From the human T2T-CHM13v2.0 reference genome, Homo sapiens, in the NCBI RefSeq assembly GCF_009914755.1, contig NC_060934.1: a stretch of 64,000 nucleotides of DNA; one strand, 5' to 3'. The position numbers and the translations under genes were made by a program. Shown piece by piece: positions 1 to 14,100 of the stretch (positions are counted from its first letter, which is position 1; every line of letters begins with the position of its first letter). The notes beneath the pieces were generated by a model. The model was not told the DNA's origin. It made no database searches and saw only the letters and a program-made list of their open reading frames with translations.

Positions 1-780
1 TGAGTGGAATGGAATGGAATTGAATGGAATGGAATGGAATGAAATGAATGGAATGGAACGGAATGGATACTAATGCAATGGAATGGAAAGGAAACAACCC
101 GAGTGGAATGGAATGCAATGGAATGCAATGGAATGGAATGGAATTCAATGTAATGGAAACAAACCGAGTGGAATGTAGTGAAATGGAAAGCACTGGAATG
201 TGATGGAATGTATTGGATTCAACCCGATTCCAATGCAACGGAATGGAATGGAATGGAAGGGTATGGAATGGAATGGAAACGAATGGAATGACGTGGAATG
301 GAATGGATTGGAATGGAATTTAATGGAATGGAATGGAATGGAATGGAATCAACCCGAGTGGAGTGGAATGGAATGGAATGGAAATGAATGGAATGGAATG
401 GAATGGAATGGAATGGAATGGAATGGAATGGAACGGAACGTAATGCAATGAACCCGAGTGAAACGGAATGGAATGGAATGGAATGGAATGGAATCATCCC
501 GAGTGGAATGGAATGGAATAGAATGGAATAAAAACGAGTGGAATGAATGGAATGGAATGGAATGGAAAGGAATGGACTAGAATGGAATGGAAAGGAAAGG
601 AATTTAATGCAATGGAATGGAATGGAGTCAACCCGAGTGGAATGGAATGGAATCGAATGGAATGGAATGGAATGAAATGGAATGGAATGGAATGCAAAGG
701 AATGGAGTGGAATGGAATAAACACCAGTGGAATGGAATGGAATGGAATGGAATGAAATGGAATGGAATGGAATGCAATGG

Positions 781-3700
781 AATGGAGTGGAACGGAATAA
801 AAAACAGTGGAATGGAATGCAATGGAATAGAGCTAGAATGGAATAAACACTAGTGGACTGGAATGAAACGGAATGGAATGGACATGAATGGAATGGACAG
901 GAACGGAATGGAATGGAAAGGCTAGAATGGAATGGAATGGAATGAAATCAACCCGACTGGAATGGAATGGAATGCAATGGAATGGAATGGAATCAACTGG
1001 AAAGGAATCAAAGGGAACGGAATGGTATGGAATGGAATGGAATGGAATGGAATGGAATGGAATGGAATAGAATGGAATAGAATCAACTCGAGTGGAAAGG
1101 AATGGAATGGAAAGGAATGGAATGGAAAGGAAACGAATGGAATGCAATGGAATGCAATGGTATGGAATGGAGTCAACCCGAGTGGAATGGAATGGAATGT
1201 AATGGAATGAAATGGAATGTAATGGAATGAAATGGAATGGAATGGAATGAAATGGAATGGAATGGAATGAAATGGAATGGAATGGAATGCAATGGAAAGG
1301 AGTGGAATGGAATAAACACCAGTGGAATGGAATGCAATGGAATGGAGGGGAATGGAAAGAAATGGAATGGAATGGAATGGAATGGATTGGAATGGAGAGG
1401 AATGGAATGGAATGGAATGGAATGGATTGGAATCGAATGGAATGGGCTAGAATGGAATGGAATGGAATTAAATCAACCCGATTGGAATGGAATGGAATGC
1501 AATGGAATGGAAGGGAATCAACAGGAAAGGAACGAAATGGAATCGAATGGAATGCAATGGAATGGAATGGAATAGAATGGAATCAACCCGGGTGGAATGG
1601 ATTGGAATGGAGTAGAACGGAATGGAACGGCATGCAATGCAATGGAATCAACTAGAATGGAATGGAATGGAATCGAACGGAATCAACCTGAGTGGAATGG
1701 AATGGAATGGAATGAATGGAATGGAATGGAACGGATACTAATGGAATGGAATGGAAAGGAAACAACCCGAGTGGAATGGAATGCAATGGAATGCAATGGA
1801 GAGGAGTGGAATGGAATGGAATGGAATGGAATGGAATGGAATTCAATGTAATGGAAACAAACCGAGTGGAATGTAATGGAATGGAAAGGACTGCAATGTA
1901 ATGGAATGGATTGGAATCAACCCGATTCCAATGAAACCGAATGGAATGGAATGGAATGGAATGGAAGGGAATGGAATGGCATGGAAAGGAATGGAATGAA
2001 CTGCAATGGAATGGAATGGAATGGAAGTTAATGGAATGGAATGGAATGGAATGGAATGGAATCAACACGAGTGGAGTGGAATGGAATGGAATGGAATGGA
2101 ATGGCATGTAATAAACACGATTGGAATGGAATGGGATGGAATGGAATGGAATGGAAAGGAATTGAATAGAATGTAATGGAATCAACACGAGTGGAAAGGA
2201 ATGGAATGGAAAGGAATGGAATGGAAAGGAAAGAATGGAATGCAATAGAATGCAATGGTATGGAATGGAGGCAACCCGAGTGGAATGGAATGACATGGAA
2301 TGGAATGAAATGGAATGGAATGGAATGGAATGGAATGGAATGGAATGGAATGGAATCTACCCAATTGGAATGGAATGGAATGGAATGGAATAGAATGGAA
2401 TGGAATGGAATGGCATGTAATAAACAGGATTGGAATGGAATGGAATGGAATGGAATTTAAAGGAATGGAATAGAATGTAATGGAATCCACTCGAGTGGAA
2501 AGGAATGGAATGGAAAGGAATGGAAAGGAAAGGAAAGAATGGAATGCAATAGAATGCAATGGTATGGAATGGAGTCAACACGAGTGGAATGGAATGGAAT
2601 GGAATGGAATGAAATGGAATGGAATGGAATGCAATGGAATGGAGTGGAATGGAATAAACAGCAGTGGAATGGAAGGGAATGGAAGGGAATGGAATGGACA
2701 GGAATGGAATGGAATGGAATGGAATGGAATGGAATGGAGTGCAATGGAATAATCAACAAAGGAATGGAATGCAATGGAAGAGAGTGGAATGGAATAAACA
2801 CCAGTGGAATGGAATGGAATGGAATGGAATGGAATGCAACGGAATGGAGTGGAATGGAATGGAAGGGAATGGAATGGAATGGACAGGAATGGAATGGAAT
2901 GGAATGAAATCAAGCAGATTGGAATGGAATGGAATCAACTGAAAGGAATGAAATGGAATGGAATGGAATGCAATAGATTGGAATGGAATGGAATCAACGC
3001 GAGTGGAATGCAATGGAATGGCATGGAATGGAATGGAATCAACCCGAGTGGAATGGATTGGAATCGAGTGAAATGGAATGGAACAGCATGGAATGCAATG
3101 GAATCAACTAGAATGGAATGGAATGGAATGGATTGGAATGGAATCGAACGGAATCAACCTGAATGGAATGGAATGGAATGGAATGAAATGAATGGAATGG
3201 AATGGCATGGATACTAATGCAATGGAATGGAAAGGAAACAACCCGAGTGGAATGGAATGCAATGGAATGCAATGGAATGCAATGGAATGGAATGGAACGG
3301 AATGGAATGGAATGGAATGGAATGCAATGGAATGGAGTGGAACGGAATAAAAAACAGTGGAATGGAATGCAATGGAATAGAGCTAGAATGGAATAAACAC
3401 CAGTGGACTGGAATGGAACGGAATGGAATGGACATGAATGGAATGGACAGGAACGGAATATGGAAAGGCTAGAATGGAATGGAATGGAATGAAATCAACC
3501 CGACTGGAATGGAATGGAATGCAATGGAATGGAATGGAATCAACTGGAAAGGAATCAAAGGGAACGGAATGGTATGGAATGGAATGGAATAGAATGGAAT
3601 GGAATGGAATGGAATAGAATGGAATAGAATCAACTCGAGTGGAAAGGAATGGAATGGAAAGGAATGGAATGGAAAGGAAACGAATGGAATGCAATGGAAT

Positions 3701-5100
3701 GCAATGGTATGGAATGGAGTCAACCCGAGTGGAATGGAATGGAATGTAATGGAATGAAATGGAATGTAATGGAATGAAATGGAATGGAATGGAATGCAAT
3801 GGAATGGAGTGGAATGGAATAAACACCAGTGGAATGGAATGCAATGGAATGGAGGGGAATGGAAAGAAATGGAATGGAATGGAATGGAATGGATTGGAAT
3901 GGAGAGGAATGGAATGGAATGGAATGGATTGGAATCGAATGGAATGGGCTAGAATGGAATGGAATGGAATTAAATCAACCCGATTGGAATGGAATGGAAT
4001 GAAATGGAATGGAAGGGAATCAACAGGAAAGGAACGAAATGGAATCGAATGGAATGGAATGGAATGGAATGGAATGGAATGGAATGGAATGGAATCCACC
4101 CGAGTCGAATGCAATGGAATGGAATGGAATGGAATGGAATCAACCCGGGTGGAATGGATTGGAATGGAGTAGAACGGAATGGAACGGCATGCAATGCAAT
4201 GGAATCAACTAGAATGGAATGGAATGGAATCGAACGGAATCAACCTGAGTGGAATGGAATGGAATGGAATGAATGGAATGGAATGGAACGGATACTAATG
4301 GAATGGAATGGAAAGGAAACAACCCGAGTGGAATGCAATGCAATGGAATGCAATGGAGAGGAATGGAATGGAATGGAATGGAATGGAATGGAATGGAATG
4401 GAATTCAATGTAATGGAAACAAACCGAGTGGAATGTAATGGAATGGAAAGGACTGCAATGTAATGGAATGGATTGGAATCAACCCGATTCCAATGCAACC
4501 GAATGGAATGGAATGGAATGGAATGGAAGGGAAAGAAATGGAATGGAAAGGAATGGAATGAACTGCAATGGAATGGAATGGAATGGAAGTTAATGGAATG
4601 GAATGGAATGGAATGGAATCAACACGAGTGGAGTGGAATGGAATGGAATGGAATGGAATGGCATGTAATAAACACGATTGGAATGGAATGGAATGGAATG
4701 GAATGGAAAGGAATTGAATAGAATGTAATGGAATCAACACGAGTGGAAAGGAATGGAATGGAAAGGAATGGAATGGAAAGGAAAGAATGGAATGCAATAG
4801 AATGCAATGGTATGGAATGGAGACAACCCGAGTGGAATGGAATGACATGGAATGGAATGAAATGGAATGGAATGGAATGGAATGCAATGGAATGGAATGG
4901 AATGGAATCTACCCAATTGGAATGGAATGGAATGGAATGGAATCTACCCAATTGGAATGGAATGGAATGGAATGGAATAGAATGGAATGGAATGGAATGG
5001 CATGTAATAAACAGGATTGGAATGGAATGGAATGGAATGCAATTTAAAGGAATGGAATAGAATATAATGGAATCCACTCGAGTGTAAAGGAATGGAATGG
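781..5100 (+). repeat. Direct duplication within the satellite, offset ~2.55 kb (copies ~781-2500 and ~3331-5100)
   Basis: Colinear rare variants: AGAGCTAGAA 829/3379; GGAGGGGAAT ~1344/3851; GGGCTAG ~1444/3946; ATGACATGG ~2290/4842; AAACAGGATT ~2422/5009; ATCCACTCGAG ~2485/5072. Confidence 0.85.
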
Positions 5101-8100
5101 AAAGGAAAGGAATGGAATGCAATGGTATGGAATGGAGTCAACCCGAGTGGAATGGAATGCAATGTAATGTAATGAAATGGAATGGAATGGAATGAAATTG
5201 AATGGAATGGAATACAATGGAATGGAGTGGAATGGAATAAACACCAGTGGAATGGAATGCAATGGAATGCAGTGGAATGGAAAGAAATGGAATGGAATGG
5301 AATGGAATGGAATGGAATGGAAAGGAATGGAATGGAATGGAATAGAATGGAATGGAATGGAATGGAATAGAATGGAATGGAATGGAATTAAATCAACCCG
5401 ATTGGAATGGAATGGAATGCAATGGAATGGAATGGAATCAACTGCAAAGGAACGAAATGGAATGGAATGGAATGAATGGAATGGAATGGAATGGAATGGA
5501 ATCCACCCGAGTCGAATGCAATGGAACGGGAAAGAATGGAATGGAATCAACCCGGGTGGAATGGATTGGAATGGAGTAGAAGGGAATGGAACAGCATGCA
5601 ATGCAATGGAATCAAGTAGAATGGATTGGAATGGAATCGAACGGAATCAACCTGAGTGGAATGGAATGGAATGGAATGAATGGAATGGAATGGAACGGAT
5701 ACTAATGGAATGGAATGGAAAGGAAACAACCCGAGTGGAATGGAAAGCAATGGAATGCAATGGAATGGAATGGAATGGAATGGAATGGAATGGAATGGAA
5801 TGGAATGGAATGGAATTCAATGTAATGGAAACAAACCGAGTGGAATGGAATGGAATGGAAAGGACTGGAATGTAATGGAATGGATGGGAATCAACCCGAT
5901 TCCAATGCAATGGAATGGAATGGAATGGAATTGAATTGAAGGGAATGGAATGGAATGGAAAGGAATGGAATGAACTGGAATGCAATGGGATGGAAGTTAA
6001 TGGAATGGAATGGAATGGAATGGAATGGAATCAACCCGAGTGGAGTGGAATGGAATGGAATGGAAATGAATGGAATGGAATGGAATGGAATGGAATGGAA
6101 TGGAAAGGAATGGAATGGAACGGAACGGAATGGAAAGAACCCGAGTGGAATGGAATGGAATGGAATGGAATGGAATGGAATGGAATGGAACGGAATGGAA
6201 TCTACACAATTGGAATGGAATGGAATGGAATGGAATGGAATGGAATGTACCCAATTGGAATGGAATGGAATGGAATGGAATGGAATGGAATGGAATGGAA
6301 TGGAATGGCATGTAATAAACACGATTGGAATGGAATGGAATGGAATGGAATGGAATGGAATGGAAAGGAATGGAATAGAATGTAATGGAATCAACTCAAG
6401 TGGAAAGGAATGGAATGGAAAAGAATGGAATGGAACGGACAGAATGGAATGCAATAGAATGGAATGGTATGGAATGGACTCAACTCGTGTGGAATGGAAT
6501 GGAATGGAATGGAATGAAATGGAATGGAATGGAATGCAATGGAAAGGAGTGGAATGGAATAAACAGCAGTGGAATGGAATGGAATGGAAGGGAATGGAAT
6601 GGAAAGGAATGGAATGGAATGGAATGGAATGGAATGGAATGGAATGGATTGGAATGGAATGGAATGGAATGGAAAGGACTAGAATGGAATGGAATGGAAT
6701 GAAATCAACCCGATTGGAATGGAATGGAATGCAATGGAATTGAATGGAATAAACTGGAAAGGAATCAAAGGGAATGGAATGGAATGGAATGGAATGGAAT
6801 GGAATGGAATGGAATAGAATGGAATAGTATCAACTCGAGTGGAAAGTAATGGAATGGAAAGGAATGGAATGGAAAGGAAAGGAAAGGAATGTAATGGAAT
6901 GCAATGATATGCAATGGAGTCAACCCTAGTGGAATGGAATGGAAAGTAATGGAATGAAATGGAATGGAATGGAATGAAATGGAATGGAATGGAATGCAAT
7001 GGAATGGAGTGGAATGGAATAAACACCAGTGGAATGGAATGCAATGGAATGGAGTGGAATGGAATAGAATGGAATCCACCCGAGTCGAATGCAATGGTAT
7101 GGGAAGGAATGCAATGGAATCAAGTAGAATGGATTGGAATGGAATCGAGCGGAATCAAAGTGAGTGGAATGGAATGGAATGGAATGAATGGAATGGAATG
7201 GAACGGATACTAATGGAATGGAATGGAAAGGAAACAACCCGAGTGGAATGGAATGCAATGGAATGCAATGGAATGGAATAGAATGGAATGGAATGGAATG
7301 GAATGGAATTCAATGTAATGGAAACAAACCGAGTGGAATGTAATGGAATGGAAAGGACTGGAATGTAATGGAATGGATTGGAATCAACCCGATTACAATG
7401 CAATGGAATGGAATGGAATGGAATTGAATGGAAGGGAATGGAATGGAATGGAAAGGAATGGAATGAACTGGAATGGAATGGAATGGAATGGAAGTTAATG
7501 TAATGGAATGGAATGTACCCAATTGGAATGAACTGGAATGGAATGGAATGGAATGGAAGTTAATGTAATGGAATGGAATGGAATGGAATGGAATCAACCC
7601 CAGTGGAGTGGAATGGAATGGAATGATAATGAATAGAATGGAATGGAATGGAATGGAACGGAACGAAATGGAAAGAACCCGAGTGGAATGGAATGGAATG
7701 GAATGGAATGGAACGGAATGGAATCTACCCAATTGGAATGGAATGGAATGGAGTGGAACGGAATGGAATGTACCCAATTGGAATGGAATGGAATGGAATG
7801 GAATGGAATGGAATGGCATGTAATAAACACGATTGGAATGGAATGGAATGGAATGGAAAGGAATGGAATAGAATGTAATGGAATCAAGTCGAGTGGAAAG
7901 GAATGAAATGGAAAGGAATGGAATGGAAAGGAAAGAATGGAATGCAATAGAATGGAATGGTACGGAATGGAGTCAACCCGAGTGGAATGGAATTGTATGG
8001 AATGGAATGAAATGGAATGGAATGGAATGCAATGGAATGGAGTGGAATGGAATAAACAGCAGTGGAATGGAATGGAATGGAAGGGAATGGAATGGAAAGG

Positions 8101-11100
8101 AGTGGAATGGAATGGAATGGAATGGAATGGACAGGAATGGATTGGAATGGAATGGAATGGAATATAAAGGACTAGAATGGAATGGAATGGAATGAAATCA
8201 ACCCGATTGGAATGGAATGGAATGCAATGGAATGGAATGGAATAAACTGGAAAGGAATCTAAGGGAACGGAATGGAATGGAATGGAATGGAATGGAATGG
8301 AATGGAATGGAATGGAATAGAATGGAATAGTATCAACTCGAGTGGAAAGGAATGGAATGGAAAGGAATGGAATGGAAAGGAAAGGAATAGAATGGAATGG
8401 AATGCAATGGTATGGAATGGAGTCTACCCAAGTGGAATGAAATAGAATGTAATGGAATGAAATCGAATGTAATGGAATGAAATGCAATGGAATGGAATGC
8501 AATGGAATGGAGTGGAATGGAAAGAAATGGAATGGAATGGAAAGAAATGGAATGGAATGGAATGGAATGGAATGGAATGGAATGGACAGGAATGGAATGG
8601 AATGGAATGGAATGGAATGGAATGGAATAGAATGGAATGGAATGGAATTAAATCAACCCGATTGGAATGGAATGGAATGCAATGGAATGGAATGGAATCA
8701 ACTGGAAAGGAACGAAATGGAATGGAATGGAATGGAATGGAATGGAATGGAATCCACCCGAGTCGAATGCAATGGAATGGATAGGAATGGAATGGAATCA
8801 ACCCGGGTGGAATGGATTGGAATGGAGTAGAACGGAATGGAACAGCATGCAATGCAATGGAATCAACTAGAATGGATTGGAATGGAATCGAACGGAATCA
8901 ACCTGAGTGTAACAGAATGGAATGGAATGGAATGAATGGAATGGAATGGAACGGATACTAATGGAATGGAATGGAAAGGAAACAACCCGAGTGGAATGGA
9001 ATGCAATGGAATACAATGGAATGGAATAGAATGGAATGGAATGGAATAGAATGGAATTCAATGTAATGGAAACAAACCGATTGGAATGTAATGGAATGGA
9101 AAGGACTGGAATGTAATGGAATGGATTGGAATCAACACGATTCAAATGCAATGGAATGGAATGGAATGGAATTGAATGGAAGGGAATGGAATGGAATGCA
9201 AAGGAATGGAATGAACTGGAATGGAATGGAATGGAAGTTAATGGAATGGAATGGAATGGAATGGAATCAACCCGAGTGGAGTGGAATGGAATGGAATGGA
9301 AATGAATGGAATGGAGTGGAATGGAATGGAACGGAACGGAATGGAATGAACCCGAGTGGAATGGAATGGAATTGAATGGAATGGAACGGAATGGAATCTA
9401 CCCAATTGGAATGGAATGGAATGGAATGGAACGGAATGGAATGTACCCAATTGGAATGGAATGGAATGGAATGGAATGGCATGTAATAAACACGATTGGA
9501 ATAGAATGGAATGGAATGGAAGGGAATGGAATAGAATGTAATGGAATCAACTCGAGTGGAAAGGAAGGGAATGGAAAGGGATGGAATGGAAAGGAATGGA
9601 ATGGAAAGGAATGAATGGAATACAATAGAATGGAATGTTATGGAATGGAGTCAACCCGCGTGGAATGTAATGGAATGGAATGGAATGGAATGGAATGGAA
9701 TGGAATGAAATGGAACGGAATGGAATGCAATGGAATGGCGTGGAATGGAATAAACAGCAGTGGAATGGAATGGAATGGAAGGGAATTGAATGGAAAGGAG
9801 TGGAATGGAATGGAATGGAATGGAATGGAATGGAATGGACTAGAATGGACTAGAATGGAATGAAATCAACCAGATTGGAATGGATTGGAATACAACGGAA
9901 TGGAATCGAAAAAAATGGAAAGGAATGAAATGAATGGAATGGAATGGAATGGAATGGATGGGAATGGAATGGAATGGAATGGAATCAACCCGAATAGAAT
10001 GCAATGGAATGCAATGGAATGGAATCAACCCGAGTGGAATGGAATGGAATGGAATGGAATGGAATCGAATGGAATCGAATGGAATCAACCCGATTGGAAT
10101 GTAATGTAATGGAATGGAATGGAATGGAATGGAATAAACAAGAGTGGAATGGAATGGAATGGAATGGAATGGAATGGAATGGAATGGAATGGATTGGAAA
10201 GGAATGGAATGGAAAGGAAAGGAATGGACTGCAATGGAATGTAATGGTATAGAAAGGAGTAAACCCGAGTAGAATGGATTGCAATAGAATGGAATGTAAT
10301 GGAATGGAATGGAATGCAATGGAATGGAGTGGAATGGAATAAACACCAGTGGAAAGGAATGGAATGCAATGGAATGGAATGGACAGGAATGGAATGGAAT
10401 GGAATGGATTGGAATGGAATGGAATGGAGTGCAATGAAATCAACCCGATTGGAATGGAATGGAATGCAATGGAATGGAATGAAATGGAATTAACCCGAGT
10501 GGAATGGAGTGGAATGGAATGGAATGGAATGGAATGAAATCAACCCGAATGGAATGGATTGGAATAGAGTGGAATGGAATGGAACGGCATGGAATGCAAC
10601 GGAATCAACTAGAATGGAATGGGATGGAATGGAAAGGAATGGAATGAAATGGAATGGAATGGAATTCAATGAAATGGAAACAAACCGAGTGGAATGTAAT
10701 GGAATGGAAAGGACTGGAATATAATGGAATGGATTGGAATCAACCAGATTCCAATGGAATGGAATGGAATGGAATGGAACGGAAGGGAATGGAATTGAAT
10801 GGAAAGGAATGGAATGAACTGCCATGGAATGGAATGGAATGGAAGTTAATGGAATGGAATGGAATGGAAATGAATGGAATGGAATGGAATGGAATGGAAT
10901 GGAATGGAATGGTATGGAATCAATCCGAGTGGAGTGGAATGGAATGGAATGGAAATGAATGGAATGGAATGGAATGGAACGGAATGGAACGCAATGGAAT
11001 CTACCCAACTGGAATGGAATGGAATGGAATGGAACGGAATGGAATCTACCCAATTGGAATGGAATGGAATGGAATGGAATGGAATGGAATGGAATGGCAT

Positions 11101-14100
11101 GTAATAAACACGATTTGAATGGAATGGAAAGGAGTGGAATAGAATGTAATGGAATCAACTCGAGTGGAAAGGATTGGAATGGAAAGGAATGGAATGGAAA
11201 GGAAAGAATGGAATGCAATAGAATGCAATGGTATGGAATGGAGTCAACCCGAGTGGAATGGAATGGCATGGAATGGAATGAAATGGAATGGAATGCAATG
11301 GAATGGAATGGAACGGAATGGAATCTACCCAATTGGAATGGAATGGAATGGAATGGAATGGAATGGAATGGAATGGCGTGTAATGAACACGATTGGAATG
11401 GAATGGAATGCAATGGAATGGAATGGAATGGAATAGAATGGAATGGAATCAACTCGAGTGGAAAGGAATGGAATGGAAAGGAATGGAATGGAAAGGAAAG
11501 AATGGAATGCAATAGAATGCAATGGTATGGAATGGAGTCAACCCGAGTGGAATGGAATGAAATGGAATGGAATGGAATGAAATGGAATGAAATGCAATGG
11601 AATGGAGTGGAATGGAATAAACAGCAGTGGAATGAAATGGAATGGAAGGGAATGGAAGGGACAGGAATGGAATGGAATGGAATGAAATCAACCAGATTGG
11701 AATGGAATGGAATACAATGGAATGCAATTGAATCAACTGGAAAGGAATGAAATGAATGGAATGGAATGGAATGGAATGGATTGGAATGGAATGGAATGGA
11801 ATGGAATGGAATGGAATCAACCAGAGTAGAATGCAATGGAATGCAATGGCATGGTATCAACCCGAGTGGAATGGAGTGGAATGGATTGGAATGGAATGGA
11901 ATGGAATGGAATCAACCCGAGTGGAATATAATGTAATGTAATGGAATGGAATGGAATAAAATCAACCCGATTGGAATGGAATGGAATGCAACGGAATGGA
12001 ATGGAATCAACTGGAAAGGAATCAAATGGAACGGAATGGAATGGAATGGAATAGAATGTAAAGGAATCAACCCCAGTGGAATGGAAGGGAATGGAATCGA
12101 TTATAACTGAATGGAATGGAATCAATCCGGGTGGAATGGAATGGAATGGAATGGATTATAATGGAATGGAATGGAATGGAATGGAATTCAATGTAATGCA
12201 AAGAAACTGAGTGGAATGTAATGGAATGGAAAGGACTGGAATGTAATGGAATAGATTGGAATCAAACCGATTCCAATGCAACTGGATGTAATGTAATGTA
12301 ATGGAATGTAATGGAATGGAATGGAATGGAATGGAATGGAAAGGAATGGAATGAACTGGAATGGAATAGAATGGAATGGAATTTAATGGAATGGAATGGA
12401 ATGGAATGGAATCAACCCGAGTGGAGTGGAATGGAATGGAATGGAAATGAATGGAATGGAATGGAACGGAACAGAATGGAATGAACCCGAGTGGAGTGGA
12501 ATGGAATGAAATGGAATGGAAAGGAATGGAATGGAATGGAATCAACCCGAGTGGAATGGAATGGAATGGAATAAACACGAGTGGAATGGAATGGAATGGA
12601 AAGGAAAGGAAAGGAATGTAATGAAATGAAATGGTATGGAATGGAGTCAACCCGAGTGGAATGGAATGGAAAGGAATGGAATGAAATGGAATGGAATGGA
12701 ATGCAATGGAATGGAGTGGAATGGAATAAACAACAGTGGAATGGAATGCAATGGAATAGAGTGGAATGGAATAAACACCAGTGGAATGGAATGGAATGGA
12801 ATGGAATGGAATGGAATGGAATGGAAGTTAATGGAATGGAATGAAATGGAATCAACCCGAGAGGAGTGGAATGGAATGGAATGGAAATGAATGGAATGGA
12901 ATCTAATGTAATGTAATGGAATGGAATGGAACGGAACGGAATGGAAAGAACCCGATTGGAATGGAATGGAATGGAATGGAATGGAATGGAATGGAATGGA
13001 AGTTAATGGAATGGAATGGAATGGAATCAACCCGAGAGGAGTGGAATGGAATGGAATGGAAATGAATGTAATGTAATGTAATGTAATGGAATGGAATGGA
13101 ATGGAATGGAATGGAACGGAACGGAATGGAAAGAACCCGATTGGAATGGAATGGAATGGAATGGAATGGAATGGAACGGAATGGATCTACCCAATTGGAA
13201 TGGAATGGAATGGAATGGAATGGCATGTAATGAACACGATTGGAATGGAATGGAATGGAATGGAATGGAATGGAAAGCAATGGAATAGAATGTAATCGAA
13301 ACAACTCGAGTGGAAAGGAATGGAATGGAAAGGAATGGAATGGAAAGGAATGAATGGAATGCATTAGAATGCAAAGGTATGGAATGGATTCAACCCGAGT
13401 GGAATGGAATGGAATGGAATGGAATGAAATGCAATGGAATGGAATGCAATGGATTGGAGTGGATTGGAATAAACAGCAGTGGAATGGAATGGAATGGAAG
13501 GGAATGGAAAGGAATGGACTGGAATGGAATGGAAAGGAAAGGAATTTAATGCAATGGTATGGAATGCCGTCAACCCGAGTGGAATGGAATGGAATGGAGT
13601 GGAGTGAAATGGAATGGAATGGAATGCAATGGAATGGAGTGGAACGGAATAAAAAACAGTGGAATGGAATGCAATGGAATAGAGTGGAATGCAATAAACA
13701 CCAGTGGAATGGAATGGAACGGAATGGAATGGACAGGAAAGGAATGGAATGGAATGGAATGGAATGGAAAGGACTAGAATGGATTGGAATAGAATGAAAT
13801 CAACCCGATTGGAATGGAATGGAATGCAATGGAAGGGAAAGGAATCAACTGGAAAGGAATCAAAGGGAACGGAATGGAATGGAATGGAATGGAATGGAAT
13901 GGAATGGAATAGAATAGAATGGAATAGAATCAACTCGAGTGGAAAGTAATGGAATGGAAAGGAATGGAATGGAAAGGAAAGGAATGGAATGCAATGGAAT
14001 GCAATGGTATGGAATGGAGTCAACCCGAGTGGAATGGAATGGAATGGAATAGAATGAAATGGAATGTAATGCAATGAAATGGAATGGAATGGAGTGGAAT

